From contig JAGAHX010000009.1 in assembly GCA_017626845.1 (NCBI GenBank), forward strand, positions 33,425 through 97,424: DNA of 64,000 nt, in the 5' to 3' direction. The first letter of the stretch is position 1. Each line of letters opens with the position of its first letter. The notes beneath the pieces are model-generated. The model was not told the origin of the DNA. It was given only the letters and a program-made list of their open reading frames with translations, and searched no databases. The position numbers and the translations under genes are program-made. The stretch is from Bacillota bacterium. Its GTDB lineage: Bacteria > Bacillota > Clostridia > Peptostreptococcales > Anaerovoracaceae. Positions 45,847 to 55,700 of the stretch are shown one piece after another.

Positions 45847-47124
45847 ATGTTTGTAGATAAGGCAACGATCTTCATCAAGTCCGGCAAGGGCGGAAACGGT
45901 TCCGTGTCCTTCCGCCGGGAACCCTATATTCCCCAGGGCGGTCCGGACGGCGGAAACGGCGGCAAGGGCGGCGACATCGTCATCCAGGCCGATCGCAACC
46001 TGCGCACCTTGATGGATTTCCGTTATAAAAGAAAATACGAGGCGGAGAGCGGAGAAGACGGCAGAGGCCGCCAGCAGTTCGGCAAGGACGGCGCGGATCT
46101 GGTCATCAAAGTTCCTGTCGGCACCGTGGTGCGCGACACCGAGAGCAACGCCGTCATGGCAGACCTCACGGAAGACGGCCAGTCTTTTATTGCCGCAAAA
46201 GGCGGTAGAGGCGGCAAGGGCAACGTCATGTTCAAGAACTCCGTCCGCCAGGCGCCGAACTTCGCGGAAGCCGGCGGATTTGCCAGAGAACGGCAGATCG
46301 AACTGGAGCTTAAGCTGATCGCAGACGTGGGCCTTGTGGGTTATCCCAACGTTGGCAAATCCACGCTGCTGTCCGTTTCCACCAGCGCCAACCCCAAGAT
46401 CGCGAATTACCACTTCACGACCATTACGCCGAACCTGGGCGTCGTATCCATGTACGACTCCAGTTTCGTCATGGCGGATATTCCGGGGCTCATCGAAGGT
46501 GCCTCCGAAGGCGCAGGCCTCGGCCTGGACTTTCTGAAGCACATCGAACGCACGCGCATCCTCATCCACGTGGTGGATGTATCCGGAAGCGAAGGCAGAG
46601 ATCCGAAGGAAGATCTGGACAAGATCAACGCGGAGCTGGCAGGCTACAGCGAAAAGCTGGCGAAGAAGCCCCAGATCGTCTGCGCCAACAAGATCGACAT
46701 GGCGGACGACGAGGTCTACGAGGAATTCAAGGCCTACGCGGAAAGCAAGGGCTACGACGTCTATCCCTGCAGCGCACCCATCCACGAAGGCGTGGACGAA
46801 CTGCTGCGGGCTGCTTATAAGCTTCTGCTGGAGACCGAGGCGGAAGAGCAGGAGGAGACCGTCTTTTTCCAGGATACGAAACCCGAGGACGACCCGGACT
46901 ACAGAAACGTCTACGTGGAGCGCAAGAAGGGCGGCTTCCTGGTAACGGGCAAGCAGCTGGAAAAGATCTTCAATTCCACGAACTTCAACGATGCAGGGTC
47001 TCTGCGCTATCTCTACCGCTACATCGAAGAGAGCGGCGCCATCGAGGAGATGCTGCAGATGGGACTGGAAGAAGGGGACACCATCACCGTCATCGATTAC
47101 GACTTCGAATATTACGATGAGTAA
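45847..47124 (+). CDS. obg: GTPase Obg/CgtA
   Basis: MFVDKATIFIKSGKGGNGSVSFRRE Obg fold, G1 GYPNVGKST, and a C-terminal OCT domain. Confidence 0.95.
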   Translation: MFVDKATIFIKSGKGGNGSVSFRREPYIPQGGPDGGNGGKGGDIVIQADRNLRTLMDFRYKRKYEAESGEDGRGRQQFGKDGADLVIKVPVGTVVRDTESNAVMADLTEDGQSFIAAKGGRGGKGNVMFKNSVRQAPNFAEAGGFARERQIELELKLIADVGLVGYPNVGKSTLLSVSTSANPKIANYHFTTITPNLGVVSMYDSSFVMADIPGLIEGASEGAGLGLDFLKHIERTRILIHVVDVSGSEGRDPKEDLDKINAELAGYSEKLAKKPQIVCANKIDMADDEVYEEFKAYAESKGYDVYPCSAPIHEGVDELLRAAYKLLLETEAEEQEETVFFQDTKPEDDPDYRNVYVERKKGGFLVTGKQLEKIFNSTNFNDAGSLRYLYRYIEESGAIEEMLQMGLEEGDTITVIDYDFEYYDE

Positions 47125-48976
47125 CGTTCAGAAACAATTAGACAAGCTGCTTTTAAAAGTAGAAAAACCGGCACGGTATATCGGAGGAGAGCTGCACAGC
47201 ATTGTGCGCGAGCCTCTTCCCGGTACCGTGCGTTTTGCGTTCTGTTTTCCGGATCTGTACGAGATCGGCATGTCCTATATGGGGCTCAACATCCTGTACC
47301 ATCTGCTGAACAAAACGGATCATACCTACTGCGAGCGCTGCTTTACGCCGGCACGGGACATGATGGCTGCCATGAAGGCGGCGGATGTGCCCCTGTTTAC
47401 GCTGGAAACGAAGACCCCTTTAAAGGAAATGGATTTTGTGGGGTTCACCCTCCAGTACGAACTCAGCTATTCCAACATCCTGGCGATGCTGGATCTGGCA
47501 GGCATCCCTGCGCTTTCCAAAGACCGCACCGAGGATGACCCCATCATCATCTGCGGCGGCCCCTGCGCCTTCAATGCAGAACCGGTGGCGGACTTCATGG
47601 ACGTCATTCTGATTGGAGACGGCGAAGAACTGCTGCCCGAAGTCTGCCGCATCCGGGGAGAATTCCGCCGGGCGGGAAAGACGAAGCAGGAATTTCTCGC
47701 AGAGATCGCCAAACTGCAGGGCGTCTATATCCCTTCGTTCTACGAGGAGATCCGGGACGAAAAGGGGACCTTCCGGGGATACCGCAAACTGCGGGAAGAA
47801 GCGCCGGACCGGGTGCTGAAGGCCATCGTCCACGACATCGACACCGTGGATTTCCCCAAGGAGCTCATCGTTCCCCTCATCGAAGTGGTGCACGACCGTT
47901 CCGTAGCGGAGCTGTTTCGGGGCTGCACGAGAGGCTGTCGGTTCTGCCAGGCAGGCATGGTCTACCGGCCCGTACGCGAACGCAGCGAGGAAAAGGTGCT
48001 GGACATCGCCAAGACCCAGCTGGAGAACAGCGGTCAGGGCGAACTGTCGCTCCTGTCCCTCTCCACGTCGGATTACACGCATTTCGAACCCCTGGTAACG
48101 GATCTGATGGAATACTGCAAGCAGCATCAGGTGAGCCTGTCGCTGCCGTCTCTGCGCATGGACAACTTCAGCTTTAAGGTGCTGGACGAGATCCAGGGCG
48201 TGCGAAAGACCGGCCTTACCTTTGCCGCGGAAGCGGGGACCCAGCGTCTGCGCAACGTCATCAACAAGAACATTACGGAAGAACACATCTTTACCGCGTT
48301 GCGGCAGGCATTCGACCTGGGCTGGACTTCCGTCAAATTATATTTCATGATGGGACTTCCCACGGAGACCTACGAAGACCTGGACGGCATCGTGGATCTG
48401 GCGAAGCGCATCATGGACCTGGCGAGGGAACACAACGGAGGCAAGGTCGGGCGCTACAGCGTGTCCGTGTCCGTCTCTAATTTCGTGCCCAAGCCCGATA
48501 CGCCCTTCATGTGGGTGCGGCAGAATACGCCGGAAGAATTCGAACAGAAGCACTATTATCTGAAGGACCGCTTAAAGAAGATCAAAGGGGTCAATTTCCG
48601 CTACCACGGCAGCTATGCCAGCATGCTGGAGGCGGTATTCGCCAGAGGCGGCCGGGAACTGTCCGCCGTGCTGCTGCGGGCCTACGAGCTGGGCGCCGCC
48701 TTCGATGCCTGGACGGAAGGATTCCGGCAGGATGCCTGGGAGCAGGCGCTGGCGGAGAACGGCATCGGCGCGGACTATTTCGCGCTGAACGACATCGACC
48801 CGGATGCGCCCATGCCCTGGGAGATCGTGGACTGCGGCATTACGAAGGAATTCTTCCAGAGAGAATGGAAGAAGGCACAGGAAGCGGCAACCACGCCGGA
48901 CTGCCGGCTGGGCTGCAACGGCTGCGGGGTCAACGCCCACACCGAGTGCCGCTGGGGAGGGATCTATGCCGAATAA
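47117..48976 (+). CDS. Radical SAM protein (TIGR03960-like family)
   Basis: ATG 47117 overlaps the obg end. VEKPARYIGGE N-terminus and a CxxxCxxC-type cluster (CTRGCRFCQAG). Confidence 0.75.
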   Translation: MSNVQKQLDKLLLKVEKPARYIGGELHSIVREPLPGTVRFAFCFPDLYEIGMSYMGLNILYHLLNKTDHTYCERCFTPARDMMAAMKAADVPLFTLETKTPLKEMDFVGFTLQYELSYSNILAMLDLAGIPALSKDRTEDDPIIICGGPCAFNAEPVADFMDVILIGDGEELLPEVCRIRGEFRRAGKTKQEFLAEIAKLQGVYIPSFYEEIRDEKGTFRGYRKLREEAPDRVLKAIVHDIDTVDFPKELIVPLIEVVHDRSVAELFRGCTRGCRFCQAGMVYRPVRERSEEKVLDIAKTQLENSGQGELSLLSLSTSDYTHFEPLVTDLMEYCKQHQVSLSLPSLRMDNFSFKVLDEIQGVRKTGLTFAAEAGTQRLRNVINKNITEEHIFTALRQAFDLGWTSVKLYFMMGLPTETYEDLDGIVDLAKRIMDLAREHNGGKVGRYSVSVSVSNFVPKPDTPFMWVRQNTPEEFEQKHYYLKDRLKKIKGVNFRYHGSYASMLEAVFARGGRELSAVLLRAYELGAAFDAWTEGFRQDAWEQALAENGIGADYFALNDIDPDAPMPWEIVDCGITKEFFQREWKKAQEAATTPDCRLGCNGCGVNAHTECRWGGIYAE

Positions 48977-49682
48977 CAGAGAACAGCACAGATACCTTTT
49001 CGGGTTTTATAAAAAAGGGAATATGCGATTCATCTCCCACCTGGACCTGCAGCGGCTCTTCAAGCGCAGCATCAAAAGGGCGGAGATCGTTCCTGCGTAC
49101 TCCAACGGGTTCAACCCCCACGAAAAGATCAACATCGTCCATCCGCTGTCTTTAGGCTTCGAAACGGAGCAGGATTATTTCGAACTGGACACGGAACAGC
49201 CTTACGAAGAGAGCCGTCTGGTGGAGGGCATGAATCTGGCCCTTCCGGAAGGCATCCGATTTACGTTTTGCCGCGAGATTCCCTGCTCGTCGAAGAATTC
49301 ATCCTCCATTACGGAAATGAGCCTCTATGAGGCGTTTTTGCCTTCTTCACAGAATCTTAACACGGAAGGTTTTATAATACAGGACGAGGTAAAGATCTTA
49401 AAGAAAGACAAGAAAACGAAGAAGATGGTCGAAAAGGACGTAAAGGACTGGATCGGCCGCATCGAACTTTTGGAGGAGACGGAAGAGGGGAGCAGGCTCT
49501 CCCTGCTGCTGCGGAGCGCGCCCAACGAGACGCTCAATCCCGCATCGCTTCTGGAATCCCTCTGCGCGTTCAGCGAGTCACCCTTCGACCGGGAAGCCCT
49601 GCGCATCGTCCGCAAGGACCTGTTCGCAAGGAAGGACGGACAGCTCGTTTCCTTGTCCTGTTACTATACACAGGAAGGCTAA
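48966..49682 (+). CDS. Radical-SAM-associated protein (TIGR03936 / DUF2344-like)
   Basis: ATG 48966 overlaps the upstream gene. The MRFISHLDLQRLFKR motif is typical of the partner family. Confidence 0.65.
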   Translation: MPNNREQHRYLFGFYKKGNMRFISHLDLQRLFKRSIKRAEIVPAYSNGFNPHEKINIVHPLSLGFETEQDYFELDTEQPYEESRLVEGMNLALPEGIRFTFCREIPCSSKNSSSITEMSLYEAFLPSSQNLNTEGFIIQDEVKILKKDKKTKKMVEKDVKDWIGRIELLEETEEGSRLSLLLRSAPNETLNPASLLESLCAFSESPFDREALRIVRKDLFARKDGQLVSLSCYYTQEG

Positions 49683-49683
49683 T

Positions 49684-51132
49684 ATGGCTGAATTTAAAAA
49701 GAAATACAGAACGACGCCGAAATTCCGCAACCTGGTGGTGTGGATCGCAACGGTGATCGTTTCCCTTATTTTTATTTTGGGCGGAAACAAGATCGTCACA
49801 AAGGACCTGACGATCCTCTACGCCGAAGACGCCTATGCGGAAAAGGCGAGGATCACCAGCATCGAGAACACCGTCTCCGACAACTACGAGCTTTCGGAGG
49901 ACGTGGAATACCAGAACGACCTTACCTATTTCAAAGCCCGCATCCTGACGGGAGAGTTCAAAGGCCAGGAGGTGCTGGCGGCCCATACGTCAGACAACTA
50001 CACCGTGCAGGCAGACGAAACGCTGGAGGTCGGCGATAAGGTCATCCTCTACAATTACGGCACGAAGGAAGGGGACGCGGACTGGGTGTACGGCGGCTAC
50101 TACCGGCTGGATGCCATGATCCGCTTCGGCTTGCTGTTCTGCGCGGCGCTGCTGTTCTTCGGCCACCTCAAGGGCCTCAACACCCTGGTCTCCCTGGCGT
50201 TTACCTGCCTGGCGGTCTTCATGGTGTACGTGCCTTCGATCCTGGCGGGCTACAACGTCTACTTCATGACGGCGCTCACCTGCATCTACGTCATCATCAT
50301 GACCCTGCTCATCACCAGCGGTGCTACGGAAAAGGCCCTCACCACCATCCTGGGCTGCAGTTTCGGTGTGGCGGTGGCGGCCATCATGGAACTGCTCTTC
50401 GACCACATCCTGCGGCTGACGGGCATCATCGATGAACACTCCATCTACCTGGGCTATCTGGACAGCGGCGTCGTCATCAACCTGCGGTCCCTCATCTTCG
50501 GCATGATCGTCGTCGGCGCTATGGGCGCCGTCATGGACGTCGCTATGGATATCTCTTCGTCCCTACACGAGCTGCACTACCGGGCTCCGGATCTGACATT
50601 CAAGGAGCTGTACCAGTCCGGCATTACGATCGGGCGCGACGTCATGGGCACCATGGCCAACACGCTGGTGTTGGCATACATCGGTTCGTCCCTGTGCAGC
50701 ATCCTTCTGCTCATCACGTATTCGGGCTCTCTGCGGGAGCTGCTCAACCGGGAAAACATTACAGTGGAGCTGCTGCAGGCGATCATCGGTTCGTTCTCGA
50801 TCCTGCTGACGATGCCTCTGACCTCGCTGATCTGCAGCTTCCTGTACACGAACAAGAGCTTCCTGAAGCTGGAGCAGAACATCAAGGATCCCAGCGACGA
50901 TTTCGATCCCGATGCGCCGGTCACGGTGCTGGAGCCGGAGCACAAATCCATCATTCCCAAGGATCCCTTCGAGATGTTCAAGAAAAAGACGGATGCGAAT
51001 GCTGCGAAGAAAGACGAGGCAAAAGAGTTCGGCAATTACTATTATGAAGGGCAGCCTCCGAAGGAAAAGCGGACCAGCATCCTTTCCGCCATAGGAAAGA
51101 AAAAGGATACGGACAAAAAGAGCGAAGAATAG
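49684..51132 (+). CDS. YibE/F-family integral membrane protein
   Basis: N-terminal TM plus soluble domain, then six or more TM helices with a YibE/F-like pattern, and a basic C-terminal tail. Confidence 0.6.
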   Translation: MAEFKKKYRTTPKFRNLVVWIATVIVSLIFILGGNKIVTKDLTILYAEDAYAEKARITSIENTVSDNYELSEDVEYQNDLTYFKARILTGEFKGQEVLAAHTSDNYTVQADETLEVGDKVILYNYGTKEGDADWVYGGYYRLDAMIRFGLLFCAALLFFGHLKGLNTLVSLAFTCLAVFMVYVPSILAGYNVYFMTALTCIYVIIMTLLITSGATEKALTTILGCSFGVAVAAIMELLFDHILRLTGIIDEHSIYLGYLDSGVVINLRSLIFGMIVVGAMGAVMDVAMDISSSLHELHYRAPDLTFKELYQSGITIGRDVMGTMANTLVLAYIGSSLCSILLLITYSGSLRELLNRENITVELLQAIIGSFSILLTMPLTSLICSFLYTNKSFLKLEQNIKDPSDDFDPDAPVTVLEPEHKSIIPKDPFEMFKKKTDANAAKKDEAKEFGNYYYEGQPPKEKRTSILSAIGKKKDTDKKSEE

Positions 51133-51137
51133 CTTTC

Positions 51138-51168
51138 AGAAAAAAGGCCGGAAGGTCTTTTTTCTTTT
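51138..51168 (+). terminator. Weak AT-rich terminator hairpin
   Basis: AGAAAAAAGGCC-GGAA-GGTCTTTTTTCT. The GC core is only 4 bp. Confidence 0.4.
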
Positions 51169-51211
51169 GCCTGAATATGGTAATATATGGACGGTACGGG
51201 AAAATTTATTT

Positions 51212-51610
51212 ATGGACATCCCCTGGGAAAAGCTGAGGAAGACGGGACTTGCTCTCTTTTGCGCTGCCGCCGCCCTCGGAAGCGTGCACGGTTATCTGGA
51301 AGGCGCTGCGCTGCAGGAGGCGCCGGTATTGTACGAAGAGGCGCCGCCGGTCTCCGCCGCGCGTCCCGCTGACCCGGTCATCGTTGAACAGACAGATCCC
51401 CGCATCGACTTAAATCATGCATCGGAAGAAGAGCTCTGCACCTTAAAGGGCATCGGTCCCACGAAAGCGGCAGCCATCGTCGCATACCGGAAGAGCTACG
51501 GCGGATTCGTTTGCATCGAGGAGATCATGGAGGTGAAGGGGATCGGCGAAGGCACCTTCGAAAAGATCCGCGAATTCATCTATATCGGGGACGAAGGCGG
51601 GGATTTATGA
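51212..51610 (+). CDS. comEA: ComEA-family helix-hairpin-helix DNA-binding protein
   Basis: N-terminal TM, then IDLNHASEEELCTLKGIGPTKAAAIVAYR...GIGEGTFEKI (tandem HhH). Confidence 0.85.
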   Translation: MDIPWEKLRKTGLALFCAAAALGSVHGYLEGAALQEAPVLYEEAPPVSAARPADPVIVEQTDPRIDLNHASEEELCTLKGIGPTKAAAIVAYRKSYGGFVCIEEIMEVKGIGEGTFEKIREFIYIGDEGGDL

Positions 51611-51638
51611 TAAAATAAATTGTTAATTTAAATGTATT

Positions 51639-51777
51639 GCGGGATATTGGTCACGGTCGGACACGCTCTCGCTAACAGGGTCCCCTCCCAGCGGTTCTAA
51701 GCTCTGTCTGCGCCTGCGGCTTGCCAATCGCTAAGAACCGGGTTCCCCGATTGTCCTCCCTGTGACCAATATCCCGC
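51639..51777 (+). ncRNA. 139-nt structured element closed by a perfect 16-bp terminal inverted repeat (candidate ncRNA, class unknown)
   Basis: GCGGGATATTGGTCAC (51639-51654) pairs with GTGACCAATATCCCGC (51762-51777). Inner 11-bp stem CGGTTCTAAGC / GCTAAGAACCG has one mismatch. There is no ORF. Strand is uncertain. Confidence 0.45.
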
Positions 51778-51834
51778 CGATAAAGCCAATATAGATATTT
51801 ACAAATAACCCCGAAGGGCATTTAAGGAGTAAAC

Positions 51835-52053
51835 ATGCTATCGGATGCAGAACTGGCCAGGATCAACGAACTGGCCCATAAAAAGAAATCCGTAGGACTG
51901 ACGGAAGAAGAACGGATCGAACAGGCCCATCTGCGGGAAAAGTTTCTGGAAGATTTCCGTTCCCGATTCCGCCAGCAGCTGGACAACATCGAGATCGTCG
52001 AACCGGACGATCCCCGTTTGGAAGAACAGAATAAGAACAAGAAGAACAACTGA
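51835..52053 (+). CDS. DUF896 / UPF0291 (YnzC-like) small protein
   Basis: 72 aa. INELAHKKKSVGLTEEERIEQAHLREKFL matches the family pattern. RBS is AAGGAG. Confidence 0.75.
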   Translation: MLSDAELARINELAHKKKSVGLTEEERIEQAHLREKFLEDFRSRFRQQLDNIEIVEPDDPRLEEQNKNKKNN

Positions 52054-52055
52054 TC

Positions 52056-52760
52056 ATGGAGCACTTTATCGAGTTCCAAAACGTAAGCAAGATCTACCGC
52101 ATGGGCGAAGTGGAGATCCCGGCTCTTCACGACGCCAGTTTTGTCGTGGAAAAAGGCGAGATCTGCATCATCGTCGGACCTTCCGGCGCCGGCAAGACCA
52201 CGCTGCTCAACATCCTGGGCGGCATGGACCGCTTAACGGAGGGCAAAGTCTATCTCGACGGGCAGGAGATCTCTTCCTATAACAAAAAACAGATGACGGC
52301 TTACCGGCGCTACGATATCGGCTTCGTCTTCCAGTTTTATAACCTCATCCAGAACCTTACCGCCCGGGAAAACGTGGAACTGGCCGCCCAGATCTGCAAA
52401 GATCCCATCGACGCGGACGAAGTCCTGGCACGTGTCGGCCTGGCCGAACGGGCGAACAACTTCCCGTCACAGCTTTCGGGCGGCGAACAGCAGCGTGTCG
52501 CTATCGCCAGAGCCCTGGCGAAAAATCCAAAGCTGCTGCTCTGCGACGAACCCACGGGCGCCCTGGATTACGTCACCGGCAAAGCCATCCTCAAACTGCT
52601 GCAGGACACCGCCCGCCAGACCGGCATGACGGTGGTCATCATCACGCACAATTCCGCGCTCACCGCCATGGCCGACCGCATTATAAGGGTCAACAGCGGC
52701 ACCATCCTCGAACAGCGCGTCAACGATACCGTAACGCCCGTAGAAGACATCGAGTGGTAG
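52056..52760 (+). CDS. ABC transporter ATP-binding protein (MacB/LolD/FtsE-like)
   Basis: Walker [18 protein letters not shown], signature LSGGEQQR, Walker B LLCDEPT. Confidence 0.9.
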   Translation: MEHFIEFQNVSKIYRMGEVEIPALHDASFVVEKGEICIIVGPSGAGKTTLLNILGGMDRLTEGKVYLDGQEISSYNKKQMTAYRRYDIGFVFQFYNLIQNLTARENVELAAQICKDPIDADEVLARVGLAERANNFPSQLSGGEQQRVAIARALAKNPKLLLCDEPTGALDYVTGKAILKLLQDTARQTGMTVVIITHNSALTAMADRIIRVNSGTILEQRVNDTVTPVEDIEW

Positions 52761-55700
52761 CCATGCTTCTGCGTTCTCTTCTCCGTACCATCCGATCCAC
52801 GCTCGGCAGATTTCTGGCGATCTTCGCCATCATCGCGCTGGGCGTCGGATTCTTCATCGGTCTCCGTGTTACCCACGATTCCATGCTGAAAACGGCAGAT
52901 GATTATCTGACGGATCTTTTGCTGTACGATTTTCGCCTGGTCTCCACGCTGGGGCTTACGGATGAGGACGTTAATACGTTTGCGCGCGATCCTGCCGTCG
53001 CACTGTCGGAAGGCTCGTTCTCCATCGACGCACTCATCGAGACCACGAAAGGGCAGGAGGATGTACTGCATTTCCACACGCTGCTGCCGGACGTCAACCG
53101 CGTGGACCTTGTGAGCGGCAGGCTGCCCGAAACATCGGATGAGATCGTCCTGGATGCGCGCTATGCACAGCCCGGGCAAGTGGGAAAGCAGGTCGTCCTG
53201 TCTTCCTCCAACGACGAAGACACGCTATCGCATTTCGGCCACACTTCCTACACGGTAGTCGGCACGGCCAACACCTCCTATTACGTCAACTTCGAACGGG
53301 GTTCCACCAGCCTTGGCTCCGGCGAAGTGGAAGGTTTCGCCTATGCGTTGTCCTCTGCCTTCGATGCCGATTACTATACCGAGGTGTTTCTGCGCCTGAA
53401 GGACATGCCCGCCATGGGCTCCCAGGCCTACGAAAAGGAAGCGGAACAGCAGCAGGACCGTCTGGAGGACATACTGAAAGAAAGGGGACAGGTCCGCTAC
53501 GAAGATCTAAAGACCGAAGCGAACGAAAAGATCGCAGAAGCCCAGGCGGAGATCGACGACGGCTGGGTCAAGATCGACGACGGAAAGAGAGAGATCGCGG
53601 ATGCCGAAAGAAAACTGGCCGACGCGGACCGGGAGCTGAAGGACGCCCGCAAGGAACTGGACGACGGCTGGGCGGAACTGAAGGATGCCGAGACCGAACT
53701 GGCCGATGCCCGGATCGAACTGGATGACGCGGAAGCGGAACTGGCGGATTCCCGCAAAGAACTGGACGATGCAAAGATCGAACTGGCCGATGCCCGAAAG
53801 GAGCTGGACGACGGCTGGAAGGAATACGAAGACGGAAAGAAAGAATACGAGGATGGTCTGGCCGAATACGAAAGAGGCATGAGTGCCTACCGCAGCGGCC
53901 GCCGAGAAGCAAACGAACAGCTGGTGGCAGCCTCCAAACAGCTGGACGATGCTCAGGCACAGCTGAGCGAGACCCGTACACAGCTGGATGCGGCGGCAGA
54001 GCAGAAAAGTGCGCTGGAACAGAGCCTGCCTTATCTGGAAGGGGACGATCTTGCAGCGGCGCAGACCGCCATCGGCACCATTTCCGAACAGCTGGCCTAC
54101 GGGGAAGCGGCCTACTCGCAAGGGTTATCCGAGTTGGAAAGCGGCAGGGAAGCCTACGAAGCGGCGGAAGCTTCCGCCAGAGGACAGCTGCGTTCCGCCA
54201 AGAGAAAGCTGGACAAAGCGAAGGAAGATCTGGATGCCGCAGCCATAGAACTGGAAGATGCCTTAAAGGAGCTGGAAGACGGCGAGAAGGAGTATGCGGA
54301 CGGCCTCGCCGAATATGAGGACGGCGAAGCGAAATACGCAGACGGCCTTGCGGAGTATCAGGACGGTCTCGCAGACTACGAGCAGGGCCTTGCCGAATAC
54401 GAAGACGCCAAAATCGAACTGGAAGACGGCGAGAAAGAATACGCGGACGGCCTCGCCGAATATCAAACCAAAGCCGCCGATGCAGCGGTCACCATCCGGG
54501 ATGCGAAAGCCGACATCGCCCAGGCGGAGATCGACCTGGAAGAAGGACAGAGAAAAGTCGACGATGCCAAAGCGGATCTGGCCGACCTGAAAGAGCCCTC
54601 GACCTACGTGCTGGGACGCAGCCAGAATGCAGGCTATGCAGCGCTGGAGAACGATACCGCCATCGTAAAGGGCATCGCCAAGGTGTTCCCGCTGTTCTTT
54701 TTCCTCATCGCGGTGCTGGTGTGCATCACGACGATGACCCGCATGGTGGATGAACAGCGCACGGAAAACGGCACCCTCAAAGCCCTGGGCTACAGCGACT
54801 TTTCCATCATCTCCCGCTATCTGATCTATTCGGGCAGCGCCTCGATCCTGGGCTGCTTTGCAGGTTTCTTCGCGGGGTCAAAGTTCATGCCCGTCACGAT
54901 CTGGAAGATCTACCGCATCATGTACGACATCGACCGGCCCGCAGCCTTCGTGCTGGACTGGAAGATGTTCGGCATCTGCACGGGGCTGTATCTGCTCTGC
55001 TCTCTGGGGTCCACCTGGTACGTGGCCCACGGCGAACTGAAGGAGATGGCGGCGGAGCTCATCCGGCCCAAGGCGCCGGAAGCGGGAAAGCGCGTGATCC
55101 TGGAGCGGATGCCGCTTCTTTGGAACCGCTTGAGCTTTCTGCGCAAGGTCTCGGTCCGCAACATCTTCCTGTATAAGAAGCGCATGGTGATGATGATCAT
55201 CGGCATCGGAGGCTGCACGGCGCTGCTGCTGACGGGCTTCGGCATCCGCGATACGATCTCCGGCATCGTGGACTATCAGTACGAGGAGATCAGCCTGTAC
55301 GATGCGGACGTTACGTTCTCGGACGTCATGGACGAGGCGGCGCAGCTGGAGTTCCTAAAAGAATTCGAAGATACGGTGGAAGGCGCTTCCTTCCTGGCTT
55401 CCGTTAAAATGGATGTGACGGGAAAGACGACGCAGGAAGCGAACGTGATCTGTTTTTCCAAGCCGCCGGAAGGCTTCGTGGATCTGCACGAAGGGGAGAC
55501 GCCGATCCCATGGCCAAAGAAAGGGGAAACGGTGATCAACTACCGTCTGGCGCGGGATCTCGGCGTCGCAGCAGGCGACACCATCCGCATCGTGGACAGC
55601 GACAGGCACAGCACAGATCTTCGGGTCACCGGCGTGTTCGACAATTACCTGTTCGATTACGTCTACGTAACCAGGGATACGCTGGAAGAGGCCTGGGGCG

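Noticed and set aside
51639-51777. Interpretation of the structured element as SRP (4.5S/scRNA) RNA, or as the comEA terminator.
   Set aside because: There is no GGAA / AGCA-type domain-IV motif, so SRP RNA is unlikely. At 139 nt, with no 3' T-tract, it is not a simple intrinsic terminator. It is kept as an unclassified candidate instead.
53420-54590. Repetitive DNA that could be mistaken for a tandem-repeat or CRISPR-like array.
   Set aside because: The repeats are degenerate, in frame and encode a coiled coil inside a continuous 1165-aa ORF. There is no constant repeat-spacer periodicity and no cas genes.
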